Source of the DNA: an uncultured Candidatus Saccharibacteria bacterium | Lineage (GTDB): Bacteria; Patescibacteriota; Minisyncoccia; Phycocordibacterales; Phycocordibacteraceae | Reading direction: 5' to 3' | Assembly: GCA_964402535.1 (NCBI GenBank) | Contig: CAYOCH010000002.1 | Coordinates: 6,661 to 70,660 of the forward strand | Length of the DNA stretch: 64,000 bases | Part shown: positions 1-9,465 of the stretch, one piece after another | Numbering within the stretch: position 1 is the stretch's first letter | Layout: each line of letters starts with the position of its first letter | The notes under the pieces: generated by a model | The model's input: the letters and a program-made list of their open reading frames with translations, nothing else | The model's database searches: none | What the model was told of the DNA's origin: nothing | Position numbers and translations under genes: made by a program

Positions 1-14
1 GCGATCAATATGCG

Positions 15-488
15 ATGATTTTCGTCCGCAACACCCCACAGAACGCGTATATAATCGGGAAGTACGCCATCACGACGCAAAACGCAGGCGATCGGCTCCG
101 CAGCCTCGCGGACTCAGGCGATTATGATGAGATGGTCGCGGCGGCTGATATCGACAACCTGCTCGGCCGTGGCGATCTCTCGGCGAAATTGTTTCTCGAT
201 GTCGTCACGCGCTGGCCAGAGAAGGCGAAGATCTGGATGATCATGGGGGAGTGGGAGCTGACCCGTAATGATGAGCAAGGGAATCTCCTGGCGATGATGT
301 ATCTCGACAAGGCGATCTCGCTCGGAAAGAAGACCGCGGAGGCGTACAGCTTCCTCGGCGCGGCGTACGCACGACTCGGTTACCGCGACCAAGCGGAGGC
401 GGCGCTTCGCCGGTCGCTCGACATCAATCCTGACCGCCAGGACGCGAAGGACTTGCTCAATAAGCTGCAGAACTTCTCGACCCAATGA
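15..488 (+). CDS. TPR-repeat protein (possibly 5' partial at window edge)
   Basis: 157-aa ORF with TPR-like helical repeats (…AYSFLGAAYARLGYRDQAEAALRRSLDINP…); next ORF start overlaps its stop. Confidence 0.5.
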   Translation: MIFVRNTPQNAYIIGKYAITTQNAGDRLRSLADSGDYDEMVAAADIDNLLGRGDLSAKLFLDVVTRWPEKAKIWMIMGEWELTRNDEQGNLLAMMYLDKAISLGKKTAEAYSFLGAAYARLGYRDQAEAALRRSLDINPDRQDAKDLLNKLQNFSTQ

Positions 489-748
489 AGACCCAGTTCG
501 TCGCCGCCAGTTTTCTCGCGCTATTCCTCGAGCTCACGTTCATCCGCTGGCTGCCGGACAACGTGATGTCGCTCGCGTACGACACGAACATCGTCCTCTT
601 GTCGTCGTTCCTCGGCTTCGTGCTCGCGGACCGGCCGCGCGAGCACCTCGGCTATTTCCCGGCGGTGCTGCTCGGCGTCACCGTCATCGCCGTTCTGTTC
701 CGCTCTGTGGATACGGTGGTCCCGAGCGTGAGCAACGAGCTCCTCTGA
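485..748 (+). CDS. hypothetical small membrane protein (possibly truncated)
   Basis: 87-aa hydrophobic ORF; downstream sequence could continue in another frame, so it may be a fragment. Confidence 0.3.
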   Translation: MKTQFVAASFLALFLELTFIRWLPDNVMSLAYDTNIVLLSSFLGFVLADRPREHLGYFPAVLLGVTVIAVLFRSVDTVVPSVSNELL

Positions 749-1003
749 AGCTTCTATACCGGCAACCGGCTCGGCGTCGGGGTCGTGTCGTTCGGCATCC
801 TGCAGTCCTTGACCGCCGTGTACGCTCTATCTCGTCGCAGGGCTCCTCTACGTCGTTGCGTATGTGTTCTCGCAGCCGGAGGAGGGATAGGGCAGGGTAT
901 ACTGTAGCCATGCGTGCGCGCGATAAGAACGGCATCCACACGACGTGGTTGTGCCTATAAAGAATACGAGCAGGACGTCGTCCTGCTCGTCGATACGGGT
1001 GCC

Positions 1004-1381
1004 TCAAATGACCCTGTTGCCGTTCGGTTCTGATGGCCAGCGTACGGTGATGCCCCAAGCGGGTGCCTCGTGTACGATGACTTCCTTCGTCACGCCAGGA
1101 GGGATGATGATGTAATCCCTCGTGGCGGCGTTGAGGATGACCGTCTGATGCTCTCCGTTCATGAACAGTTCGAGACGGAGCGCGCCACTGCTGATGATAA
1201 TGAACTCGCTGCCGCTGAAGGATTTCTTTCCGTACGCGAAGGGTTTGGGGTAATCCCAGCACTTCACTTCGACATCCGGCGTTCGCGCGATGCCTGTCTG
1301 CATGTGCCCGACCGCCCAACCTTTCATCTCGGAATTGTTGATAGATTCGCTCGTCCCGAGGACGAGACCCGGAATACCCAT
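1004..1381 (-). CDS. cupin-domain protein
   Basis: Internal ATG start (MGIPG…). Cupin-like motifs …GWAVGHMQTG… and …YIIIPPGVTKEVIVHEA…. The track ORF is N-extended to 1519. Confidence 0.55.
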   Translation of the reverse strand: MGIPGLVLGTSESINNSEMKGWAVGHMQTGIARTPDVEVKCWDYPKPFAYGKKSFSGSEFIIISSGALRLELFMNGEHQTVILNAATRDYIIIPPGVTKEVIVHEAPAWGITVRWPSEPNGNRVI

Positions 1382-1467
1382 GGCGCATTCCCCCAAAAGT
1401 TGACTGTTTTTATAGTACCACAGTTCCTCGACAGAGCAAGTCCGGATCGCTCGCGTATACTGCCGAT

Positions 1468-2706
1468 ATGTCCAAAACGAGCGGCTATTCTTTGTGGTTG
1501 ACGCCCGATGTCGCATCACAGGAATATCGCAGCCTTTCCGCGAATATCGCAGAACTCGCGGGGGTCTACGGTACGCCGCTGTTCGAACCGCATGTCACCC
1601 TCATCGGCGGCATACAAGGCACGGAAGCAGAGGTGCGTGCGAGGACACAAGAATTAGCAGATCGGCTGTCGACGTTCACGGTTCAGCTCGGTGCTATCGG
1701 ATCACGCGGTAGCTATCATCAAAGCCTCTTCATCTGCGCGGATCCTTCAGGCGAGCTCTTGCGCGCGAACGCTGTCGCGCGCGGCATCTTCTCCATCGAT
1801 ACCGGAGATTATTTCCCGCACGTGAGCCTCGCGTACGGCGACTTCTCGCCGGAGCAGCTTCAATCACTCCGAACCCGCCTCGCTTCAGGGTCGCCGATCC
1901 CCGGTACCGTGTTCGCTGTCTCCGGCATCACGTTGTGGCGGTGCGACGGGGAGGTCCGTGAATGGAAGAAGGTCGCCGACGTACCTTTTGCCGGAGAGGC
2001 ATCTGCTGCGAAGAAGCTGTCGATAATCATACCGGCATACAACGAAGAAAAGACCATTTCTGAACTAATCCGTCGGGTGAAGGATGCGCCGCTGGCGCTC
2101 GAAAAGGAGATCGTCGTCGTTGACAACGGCTCTACGGACCGGACGCAGGGCATCCTCGCGGGAGAGAACAGCATCGTGCTCGTCACGCTTGACCCGAATC
2201 GGGGCAAGGGCGGTGCGATCAAGGCCGGGCTCGAGAAAGCCACCGGCGACCTCGTTATCTTCCAGGATGCGGATCTCGAATACGATCCGCGCGATTATCC
2301 TGCGATGATAGCGCCGCTTCTCGATGGCCGGACGGAAGCGGTCATGGGCGTTCGGCGAGAGACCGATCATGATGCGTATCGATGGCGGTCGCCGTACTAT
2401 TTCATAAGCTGGATCGGGAATCATCTCATCACGTGGACGACAAACGCCCTCTTCTCGAACGATGCTGGCGAGTATGAGGGCTGCTATAAGGCGTTTACGA
2501 AGCGGCTGCTCGATACGATAGAGGTGCGAACGAACGGATTCGCCTATGACAACGAGTTGGTGTGCAAGATTTTGAAGCGAGGGAACAAGACCGTTGACGT
2601 CCCGATCCGTTATCAACCTCGCAGTTATGAAGCGGGGAAGCACATCCGCTGGCGGGACGGCCTTCTGATACTATGGACGATCATCAGATGCCGCTTTACT
2701 GATTGA
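1468..2706 (+). CDS. fusion protein: N-terminal 2H phosphoesterase (LigT-like) + C-terminal family-2 glycosyltransferase
   Basis: Two H-x-T/S-x motifs (PHVTLIGG, PHVSLAYG) in the first ~180 aa. The second half has a GT2 signature (LSIIIPAYNEE…VVVDNGSTDRT…IFQDADLEYDP). Confidence 0.7.
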   Translation: MSKTSGYSLWLTPDVASQEYRSLSANIAELAGVYGTPLFEPHVTLIGGIQGTEAEVRARTQELADRLSTFTVQLGAIGSRGSYHQSLFICADPSGELLRANAVARGIFSIDTGDYFPHVSLAYGDFSPEQLQSLRTRLASGSPIPGTVFAVSGITLWRCDGEVREWKKVADVPFAGEASAAKKLSIIIPAYNEEKTISELIRRVKDAPLALEKEIVVVDNGSTDRTQGILAGENSIVLVTLDPNRGKGGAIKAGLEKATGDLVIFQDADLEYDPRDYPAMIAPLLDGRTEAVMGVRRETDHDAYRWRSPYYFISWIGNHLITWTTNALFSNDAGEYEGCYKAFTKRLLDTIEVRTNGFAYDNELVCKILKRGNKTVDVPIRYQPRSYEAGKHIRWRDGLLILWTIIRCRFTD

Positions 2707-3548
2707 TCATGGCTGCTGCGAACTCGCCGACGAAACTCATCGTGCCGCTTGCTGGCTTGGGTACGCGCTTCATGCCGTATTCCGGTGCCGTCCCGAAGGA
2801 GATGGCCTACCTGGTCGACAAACCGGTCATCGAGCATATCGTCGAGGAAGCGCGCCTTTCAGGCATGACAGAGGTGCTGTTCATCTTGAACAACAATAAG
2901 GAGATCATTCCCGACTATTTTAGACAGCAGAAGGGGGACTATCCCGGGATGAGATTCCGATGCATCCGCGCCGACGCGACGTTCGGCGACGGCCATTCGA
3001 TCCTGCTTGCTAAGCGTTTCGTCGAGAAGGATGAGCCTTTTGCGGTCAGCATGGGCGACCTGATCTCATTCGCGCGCGTCCCGTTCCTGAAGCAGCTTCG
3101 ATCCGCGTACGAGAAATATGAACGCCCGGTCATTTCTGTCGAGGAGGTGCAGCCGATCGATATGAAGGATGTCGCAAGCAAGAACGGGATGATCACGGTA
3201 GCGAGGACTCTCGCAAGCCGTGCCTACGTCGCCAACGACGTCGTCGAAAAGCCCGGCGCAGCGCGTTCCCCGAGCCGGATCCGATTGACCGGCAAGTACA
3301 TCCTGACACCGGATATATTCGACTATCTTGAGCGGCGGCTACGGAACCGGACTGGGGAGGTAAAACTCGCTGATGCCCTCAAAGACTATGCGAATGAAAG
3401 AGGGCTGCTCGCATACGCCTGCCGGGGGGAGATCCTCGACACGGGCAATAAGCTGGATTTCTTGAAAGCGAAGTTCCTCTTAGCCTCGGCGCATCCAGAA
3501 TACGGGAAGCCGCTGCGGGCATTCATCCGGCGCCGGTTGCAGCCGTGA
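2703..3548 (+). CDS. galU: UTP-glucose-1-phosphate uridylyltransferase-like sugar nucleotidyltransferase
   Basis: N-terminal LAGLGTRFMPYSGAVPKEMAYLVDKPVIEH matches the GalU/nucleotidyltransferase G-loop; 4-nt overlap with the upstream gene. Confidence 0.65.
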   Translation: MIMAAANSPTKLIVPLAGLGTRFMPYSGAVPKEMAYLVDKPVIEHIVEEARLSGMTEVLFILNNNKEIIPDYFRQQKGDYPGMRFRCIRADATFGDGHSILLAKRFVEKDEPFAVSMGDLISFARVPFLKQLRSAYEKYERPVISVEEVQPIDMKDVASKNGMITVARTLASRAYVANDVVEKPGAARSPSRIRLTGKYILTPDIFDYLERRLRNRTGEVKLADALKDYANERGLLAYACRGEILDTGNKLDFLKAKFLLASAHPEYGKPLRAFIRRRLQP

Positions 3549-3964
3549 CTCTCGTGTTAGAATACCGGCGTATGCAGTGGTCACTCGACAGCCGGAAGAT
3601 CGCGATCCCCGTGCTCATCGCGCTCTTGGTAGCTGCAATCGCGGCGGCCGTCTATTTCTACGAGAAGGCGAGCAGCACGATCGATCCCTCGCTCGCGTCG
3701 AAGCAGGAGGTCGCGGCGACGATCATCGCGGTTGGGAAGCTCATCGACCTCCCGAGAGGCGAGGCGCCGACCGTCGCGACCGTCTCGAATGCGGACGAGC
3801 TGAAGAGCCAGCAGTTCTTCGCGAACGTGAAGCAGGGCGACAAGGTCCTCATCTATACGACCGCCAAGATGGCCTACCTCTACGATCCGGCCGCTAACCG
3901 ACTCATCAACGTCGCGCCCTTGAACATCGGGATCGCGTCGTCGACACCCGCTCCGAAGAAATAA
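3545..3964 (+). CDS. hypothetical membrane-anchored protein
   Basis: 139 aa with an N-terminal TM helix (IAIPVLIALLVAAIAAAVYFY); translationally coupled to galU; followed by a terminator. Confidence 0.45.
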   Translation: MTLVLEYRRMQWSLDSRKIAIPVLIALLVAAIAAAVYFYEKASSTIDPSLASKQEVAATIIAVGKLIDLPRGEAPTVATVSNADELKSQQFFANVKQGDKVLIYTTAKMAYLYDPAANRLINVAPLNIGIASSTPAPKK

Positions 3965-3992
3965 AAACAGCCCGCTCACGCGGGCTGTTTCG
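3964..3992. terminator. bidirectional intrinsic terminator
   Basis: GC hairpin cagcccgc-tcac-gcgggctg with T-runs on both strands, between convergent genes 3545..3964(+) and 4003..4449(-). Confidence 0.6.
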
Positions 3993-4002
3993 TCTCACGA
4001 GG

Positions 4003-4449
4003 CTAGTTGCCCGAGGCTTCGGAGCCGGAGTTGCCGGCGTCGCTCACGCCTCCCGGCGCCTTGCAGGCCGCTGCGGCAGTGCGGAAGGTCTTCCACGCGT
4101 CGTTGCGCGAGGTGACCCACGCCTTCTGCGCGGTCTTGGTCGAGGCGTTGAAGGCGCTCCACGCGCTCTTCACCGCTGACTTCGCGCCGCCCGCGGTCGC
4201 CTGGGTATAGGCGGCGGCGAGGGCGGCGGCGCGGGCGCTATAGGCTGCGCTCACGGCCGAGGAGTGCGCGCCGATAGCGGTGCCGAGCGCGGTCTCGCGC
4301 GCCGCGACCGCCGTGCCGACGCACGTAATCTTAGACTGGACGGTCGGTGCTGCAGCTGTCGGCGTCGTCGCGGTCTGCGCGAAGGCGAGTGGCGCTGCGG
4401 CGACGATACCGGCGACGATCGTCGAAGCGATCAAGGTCTTGTTCATCAT
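4003..4449 (-). CDS. secreted Ala-rich hypothetical protein
   Basis: 148 aa; signal peptide (MMNKTLIASTIVAGIVAAAPLAFAQ) then low-complexity Ala/Thr-rich sequence. Confidence 0.5.
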   Translation of the reverse strand: MMNKTLIASTIVAGIVAAAPLAFAQTATTPTAAAPTVQSKITCVGTAVAARETALGTAIGAHSSAVSAAYSARAAALAAAYTQATAGGAKSAVKSAWSAFNASTKTAQKAWVTSRNDAWKTFRTAAAACKAPGGVSDAGNSGSEASGN

Positions 4450-4455
4450 GATGAG

Positions 4456-5205
4456 TTAATGAATATTTCTAACTTTGTCAACTGAACGAGGGAAGTATGG
4501 GGCGCGAGCCGCATCGCGACAAGTAGCGGGTTGTTGATAACGGTAGTGCAGTAGGTAATAACCAGCCAGAAATTCCCAGAGGTAGAGCGGTATGCTTGCG
4601 GCCCGTTCAACGAGTCCGGGTATGAACCGGAAGTTGAGAAGCGCTATGAGCGTCAAGAACCCAACGGTACCGATCTTAGCGATCGCGCCGGATATCGGAG
4701 CGAATGACTGCCAATACTGATTCTGCAAAAAAGCACGCGCGAGACAGAACAGGGCTACAACCTCAGCCACATAGGCGATGATAGCCGCAACGACGTGTAT
4801 CGTGCCGGACACGGTTTGAGGTGAACCGGTTGCGTCGGTGGAGAATATTCCGGCGAAGAGAATACCCAAAGCAGAAAGCCCGAAAAAAATCGCCCCAATC
4901 TTTCCCCATCGATGACCCTTGAGTGAATATCCAAGCCCGACCGCCATGAGGCCATTGCCGATGCCATGGATGATAAGTGAAGACCTGAAGAGCGACCCAT
5001 AAGGACCGTTGGCGTAATTGCTGGTGAATTCTGTAATATAATTAAATTCTGGTCTGAGAATATGCATTGCGATCAGAACAATGAACAGATACAAGGCGCC
5101 TGCTATGCCAGCGACACCGCATAGCCGGTAGTAGATGTTCCGGCCGTTGTTGGCTCCTGCTCGGGGTATCGTGTCAGCTGGTACATGCTGGGAATTGATC
5201 ATCAT
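4456..5205 (-). CDS. multi-pass integral membrane protein
   Basis: 249 aa with ~6 predicted TM segments; no recognised catalytic motif. Confidence 0.55.
   Translation of the reverse strand: MMINSQHVPADTIPRAGANNGRNIYYRLCGVAGIAGALYLFIVLIAMHILRPEFNYITEFTSNYANGPYGSLFRSSLIIHGIGNGLMAVGLGYSLKGHRWGKIGAIFFGLSALGILFAGIFSTDATGSPQTVSGTIHVVAAIIAYVAEVVALFCLARAFLQNQYWQSFAPISGAIAKIGTVGFLTLIALLNFRFIPGLVERAASIPLYLWEFLAGYYLLHYRYQQPATCRDAARAPYFPRSVDKVRNIH
4485..4553 (-). promoter_or_regulatory. conserved ~70-nt upstream element, copy 1 (promoter-like; TTGTCG-18-ATACTT on minus strand)
   Basis: ~75% identical to 5252..5322. Both lie 35-50 nt upstream of consecutive minus-strand start codons. Confidence 0.4.
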
Positions 5206-5251
5206 GAGGTGTTTGTATCGATCGCCGAATCTCTCAGGTGCTGTATCACGT

Positions 5252-5322
5252 AACGAGAGAAGTATAGGGGCGCCTGTCGCTCTTGGACAAGCGGTGCGCT
5301 GTTGATAGCGGTAGCGCTACTT
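5252..5322 (-). promoter_or_regulatory. conserved ~70-nt upstream element, copy 2 (TTGTCC-18-TATACT on minus strand)
   Basis: Paralogous to 4485..4553; immediately upstream of the 4456..5205 gene start. Confidence 0.4.
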
Positions 5323-6318
5323 GAGCGCCTCGAGATAGCGATACGTCGTGCCTGAGATCTTGGCGATGACGTCAGCCAGAGCGTTCTGATCCGGACCTTC
5401 GGTCATGACGCAGACGAAATACGGGTGATGCGGGTCGTAGACGATACCGCAATCCGAGAGCTCAACGGCTGTGGCAGTACCGTTTGTGCCGATGACGTGC
5501 TCGCCGTACTTGTGCGCGACGCTGATGCCGCTCCGAACGCCAGCAACGAGCCCTTGGGTATACGTCGACTGGTTCAAGTCTTCGAGGATCTCATTAGAAT
5601 AAGACCAGGGAATATTGTAAGTGCCGTAATAGAGGATGCGGAAGAAGCGCGAGTAGTCATAGGCCGAGATCCTGTAGCCTGTAGCGCCCGGGTCGCTCGG
5701 TTTCGGTATGGAAAGGTCCGTGTACACGCTGCCGAGGATCTCCGGATCGATCGAGGAGAGGAGCGTATCTTTTGCCGCGTTGTCAGAATCGGAAAGCATC
5801 TCCTTGATAAGGTCCGAGATGAAATAGGACTGGCCGACCTTGAGCGAGACCGGCGGTGCGAAGGGGAACTGCGCGTTCTCGCTCTCGAGCTCGGGCGTAT
5901 AGGTGAAGCGCTTTTCAAAGAACGTCGGGTCGCTCTCTTCCTGCTTGTAGGCGGCGATCGCAGCGACCACCTTCAAGAGGCTGCCCGGATCGTATGTGTC
6001 GTCCTCGTTGATGCCCAGCCAGCGGCCGTTCGTGAGGTCGCGCAGATAAAACGAGTACCGAGCGACCGCCCCACGCGGCGCAGCGGACACGGTCTGTTCG
6101 ACCGACCGCTTGAGCGCGTCGAATTGGCCTTGCGCCAGCGTGTCCGGCACCGAGACCAGCAGCAGCGGACGGACGAACGAATACGGCGTGTTATTGTCGA
6201 GGACGAGCTTCACCGAACCGAGAACGTTCCCGTACCATGCTGCGGCCGCTGCATAGCCGGCCGCGCCACCGAGAGCGAGGAGAGTGAACGCGCCGATAAC
6301 AAGCGTCCGTTTCGACAT
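5317..6318 (-). CDS. class A beta-lactamase-like serine hydrolase (secreted)
   Basis: Signal/TM N-terminus; S-x-x-K (GSLLK), SDN (SDSDNAAKD) and KTG-like (HKYGE) motifs. Confidence 0.6.
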   Translation of the reverse strand: MSKRTLVIGAFTLLALGGAAGYAAAAAWYGNVLGSVKLVLDNNTPYSFVRPLLLVSVPDTLAQGQFDALKRSVEQTVSAAPRGAVARYSFYLRDLTNGRWLGINEDDTYDPGSLLKVVAAIAAYKQEESDPTFFEKRFTYTPELESENAQFPFAPPVSLKVGQSYFISDLIKEMLSDSDNAAKDTLLSSIDPEILGSVYTDLSIPKPSDPGATGYRISAYDYSRFFRILYYGTYNIPWSYSNEILEDLNQSTYTQGLVAGVRSGISVAHKYGEHVIGTNGTATAVELSDCGIVYDPHHPYFVCVMTEGPDQNALADVIAKISGTTYRYLEALK

Positions 6319-7577
6319 TATCGTTTCGGCAAGAGCGACCAGAGCTCCTGATCCTCGCCGCCGTCAAGCTTGAAGATCGCGATGCCGCGTACGCCGAGCT
6401 TCTTGGCGATCGCGATCTTGTCAGCGATCGACTGCGCGTCGCTCCACCAGAGGATGTTGGTCGGCGTCGAGCTCGCCGCAAGGCGCGAAGGGCCGGCGAA
6501 AAGAGCATCGGAGTAGGAGACGGTAGTCGACGCTGCTGGCAGAAGCGAGTTGCTCGTCGTGTCGGTGGCCACGCTCGCCGGGACGGTCGACGCGGCAGCG
6601 GCAGCGGCAGGCTGGTAGGTGAATGAAAGTTCGCCCGCGCTGTTGCGCGTCGGCGAGAGACCGAGCTGGGCGGCAAGATCGAGCGCGTACTTCGGGTTGA
6701 AGGCCCACTGCAGGTCGTAGCGGAAGCCGGACTCGGAGAGCGGCGTGATCTGCCACTCGTAGCCGTAGGTCGCGACACCGATCACGAGCTTCTTCTTGGG
6801 GATGATCTGCGCGGCGAGATTCACCGTCTTCGTCACCCAGGCCGGGTCTGAGATCGGGATGTACGGCTGGCCGTCGGCGGCCTTGTTAAGCTTCACATCG
6901 ACGGTCTGCTGGTCATAGGTCATGAGCTGCACGCGGTCGCAATACTTGCCGACGGCGACGAAGTCGTTCGCGTACTGCGTCGCGTCCGGCGGCGGCGTCC
7001 CGTCGTAGCGCGAAGAGACCGGCGTGCGCGCCTCGATCGCGCAATAGACGAGCTTGTTACCCATGCGGCTGTAGAGGCCTTGGAGGAAGAGGGAGAAATA
7101 GGGTTTAGTCTTCGCATATTTTCCTTCGAAGTCGATGCCGATGCCGTCGAACCCTTGGCTCTTCGCGAGCGCAGCGATGCTGTTCTCGAGCGCGATACGC
7201 GACTTCTGTTTGCTCAAGATCGCGTGGATCGCGGCGCCGTTGCTCCACATGACGGTCGGGACGACCTTCGTCTTTGCGGCCTTCGCGCTCGCGATGAGCG
7301 CGAGCGCGAGCGGCGAGGTCGTAGAGTCCTGTGAGCCGAGACCGTAGGCGTCGTAGAGCGTCCCGTCGTTTCTCACCGTGTAACCGAAGGGCATGACGGC
7401 GGTCAGTGACGAGAGGTGCGGCAACACATCCGCCGTGCCGGTTGCGACACGCCAATACGGTATCCATCCGGACACCTCAAGCGGCGCGACTTTCGCGGCG
7501 GCGTGCGTCTGAGACGGTAGCGCCACAATAAACGCCGCTACGATAATGAATAACCGTTTTTGCGTCGTGCGAGTCAC
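6318..7577 (-). CDS. glycoside hydrolase family 18-like protein (secreted)
   Basis: Signal peptide; GH18 catalytic DxxDxDxE motif (FDGIGIDFEG). Confidence 0.7.
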   Translation of the reverse strand: MTRTTQKRLFIIVAAFIVALPSQTHAAAKVAPLEVSGWIPYWRVATGTADVLPHLSSLTAVMPFGYTVRNDGTLYDAYGLGSQDSTTSPLALALIASAKAAKTKVVPTVMWSNGAAIHAILSKQKSRIALENSIAALAKSQGFDGIGIDFEGKYAKTKPYFSLFLQGLYSRMGNKLVYCAIEARTPVSSRYDGTPPPDATQYANDFVAVGKYCDRVQLMTYDQQTVDVKLNKAADGQPYIPISDPAWVTKTVNLAAQIIPKKKLVIGVATYGYEWQITPLSESGFRYDLQWAFNPKYALDLAAQLGLSPTRNSAGELSFTYQPAAAAAASTVPASVATDTTSNSLLPAASTTVSYSDALFAGPSRLAASSTPTNILWWSDAQSIADKIAIAKKLGVRGIAIFKLDGGEDQELWSLLPKR

Positions 7578-7586
7578 CCGAGCATT

Positions 7587-8138
7587 TTACCTTTTCTTGC
7601 CGATCGGGAACAACTCCATCACGCGGATGCCGATCCAGATCCAGAATGCGCCGAGGAGGTAACCAGCGAGGACATCCGTCGGGAAGTGGACGCCGAGATA
7701 GAGGCGCGAGAGCCCGATGAGCACGATGAAGACTGCGGCGGCAATATAGAGGAGCGGCGCGATGCTAGGATAGCGCTTCGCGAGGAGATACGCGCCCATC
7801 CCGTAGAGCGCCACAGAGAGCGTCGCATGCCCGCTCGGGAAGGAGGGAGAAGTCTCGACGACCGCGGGTAAGATCCCGAACGGCCGCGGCCGATTTACGA
7901 TCAGCTTCAGCACGTAGGCGGACACGCCAGAGCCGATGACGGTGACGAATAGTCCGAGCGCGAGCGTCCGGTGCCTGAAGACGTACCAGAGAAGCGCGGT
8001 GATAACCGCCGTGGCCGCGATGACGATGACCGTCTCGCCAAGATATGAGATGAGGCGAGCGGTTTCGACGAGCGATGCTAACCGGCTGCCCGCGAAGTAG
8101 GACACGACGTTTGTATCGAAGGCAGAGATGGAATTCAT
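7587..8138 (-). CDS. PAP2-family lipid phosphatase (undecaprenyl-diphosphatase-like)
   Basis: KxxxxxxRP (KLIVNRPRP), PSGH and SRxxxxxHxxxD (SRLYLGVHFPTD) motifs. Start set at the internal ATG (MNSISAF…); the track ORF extends to 8207, but that extension contains a terminator hairpin. Confidence 0.7.
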   Translation of the reverse strand: MNSISAFDTNVVSYFAGSRLASLVETARLISYLGETVIVIAATAVITALLWYVFRHRTLALGLFVTVIGSGVSAYVLKLIVNRPRPFGILPAVVETSPSFPSGHATLSVALYGMGAYLLAKRYPSIAPLLYIAAAVFIVLIGLSRLYLGVHFPTDVLAGYLLGAFWIWIGIRVMELFPIGKKR

Positions 8139-8152
8139 GCGCGTAGTATAGC

Positions 8153-8201
8153 GTATAAAAGCGGCCGGGGAGGGCGTATGTGTCATACGACCTCCCCGGC
8201 C
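8153..8201 (-). terminator. intrinsic terminator (minus strand) between mltG and the PAP2 gene
   Basis: 11-bp stem ggccggggagg/cctccccggcc followed on the minus strand by TTTTAT, then a TATACT-like box and the PAP2 ATG. Confidence 0.5.
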
Positions 8202-8390
8202 AATCACGCGTTGATCAGCGTCATAGCGTCAGCTATTTAGCTTCTAGGTTTTCATCATTCTCTCCGCGCATTGCACCGAGAGAACCTTGCCTTTCGTTAA
8301 AGAACTGCCGTTACCCTGTATCGTGTGTGCGGTGATGTCGCACACAGTGCGACCATAGCAGGGTGATGATGAAGCGAAGATTAAGAAGCT

Positions 8391-9443
8391 CTATTTGCCG
8401 CGGCCGTAGTACTTCTTGAGGAGCACAACGTGCTCCTTATAGGTGTCGGAGCAGTGGAATCGGCCGTTAGAATCATGGAAATAGAAGAGGCAGGAGGTCT
8501 TGACCGGATTCAAGGCAGCGAGGATCGACGCGACGGAGGGGTTTGCGATCGGTCCAGGCGGGAGACCGGGATTCTGGTAGGTGTTATAGGGCGATTTGCG
8601 ATAGAGGTCGTTCGGGGAGATCTTCGGCCACCAGCTTTTCGCGGCGGCGGTGTTCGCTTTCGCGTATTGCAGCGTCGCGTCGATCTGCAGGTTCATGCCG
8701 ATGAAGAGGCGATTCCAGATGATGCCCGAGATGATACGCCGGTCGTCGGCACCGGCAGCTTCACGCTCGATAAGCGAGGCGACCGTAAGCGCCTCTCCGA
8801 GCGGGACGACGGCTGCCGTGGTCGTACCATAGTGCTCGAGCACATCCGCTTCGAACCGTTTGTTCACCAGTGCCTGCGCGTCGACGGGCGAGAGATCTGG
8901 CGAAACGGCATAAATGCCGGGAGCAAACGAGCCCTCGACGAGCGGCAAGCTCGCACCGCTCTGCGGCGTGAGGAATTGCTGCTTCTGATTGCTGTTCCAG
9001 GAGAGTGCAGAGGCGAAGGCGCTCGCGACCTGCTCCTTGCGCATGCCGGGCGTGACAGCAACGAGCCGGCTGTTCGCTGCGGCGAAGGTCGGGTAGAAGG
9101 GGAGGTCAGAGATCGTTACCGCGAGCCAGTCGAAGACGTTCTTGACGACGTCGCCAAGATCGCCGACCGAGGCGATCAAGGGCGAGCTCGAACGGTTGAA
9201 GAGGGCGTCCGCCTGCGCGTTCTCGACGATCGTCTTGTTGCGCGGATCGACCGAGACCGGGAACTGGTTCACAGGCGCAGAGCGGACTGCGTCCTGCGCG
9301 TGCCGTACATCGAGGGCGAGGATGGTGGGGAGGACGAGGCCGATCGCAATGAGGATGCCGACGAAGATCGCGACGAGCGCAAGGCTGCCGGTGAGCCTCC
9401 GCCGTCCTTCCGTGGCTCTTCGCGGATTCAATCTGGCTTTCAC
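8391..9443 (-). CDS. mltG: endolytic murein transglycosylase MltG (YceG family)
   Basis: N-terminal TM anchor; conserved YceG C-terminal region (…IISGIIWNRL…NLQIDATLQYA…YNTYQNPGLPPGPIANPS…). Confidence 0.8.
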   Translation of the reverse strand: MKARLNPRRATEGRRRLTGSLALVAIFVGILIAIGLVLPTILALDVRHAQDAVRSAPVNQFPVSVDPRNKTIVENAQADALFNRSSSPLIASVGDLGDVVKNVFDWLAVTISDLPFYPTFAAANSRLVAVTPGMRKEQVASAFASALSWNSNQKQQFLTPQSGASLPLVEGSFAPGIYAVSPDLSPVDAQALVNKRFEADVLEHYGTTTAAVVPLGEALTVASLIEREAAGADDRRIISGIIWNRLFIGMNLQIDATLQYAKANTAAAKSWWPKISPNDLYRKSPYNTYQNPGLPPGPIANPSVASILAALNPVKTSCLFYFHDSNGRFHCSDTYKEHVVLLKKYYGRGK

Positions 9444-9465
9444 GTGCTCACTATATCATTTGAGA

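Noticed and set aside
684-1388. Long antisense/overlapping ORFs throughout the track (e.g. 684..1388-, 5425..6351+, 8430..9518+, 15602..16342-, 21155..22144-, 26122..27315-, 29088..30050-, 35907..36680-, 52596..53891-, 58716..59990-)
   Set aside because: They overlap strongly supported genes on the opposite strand or in another frame. They are Arg/Ala/Gly/Pro-rich as expected for stop-poor frames in ~65% GC DNA, and have no recognisable motifs.
8210-8390. Possible small RNA gene in the 180-nt mltG-PAP2 intergenic region
   Set aside because: Only terminator-like hairpins are evident (8323-8347 and 8153-8201). There is no tRNA, SRP or RNase P signature, so it was left as terminators or regulatory structure.
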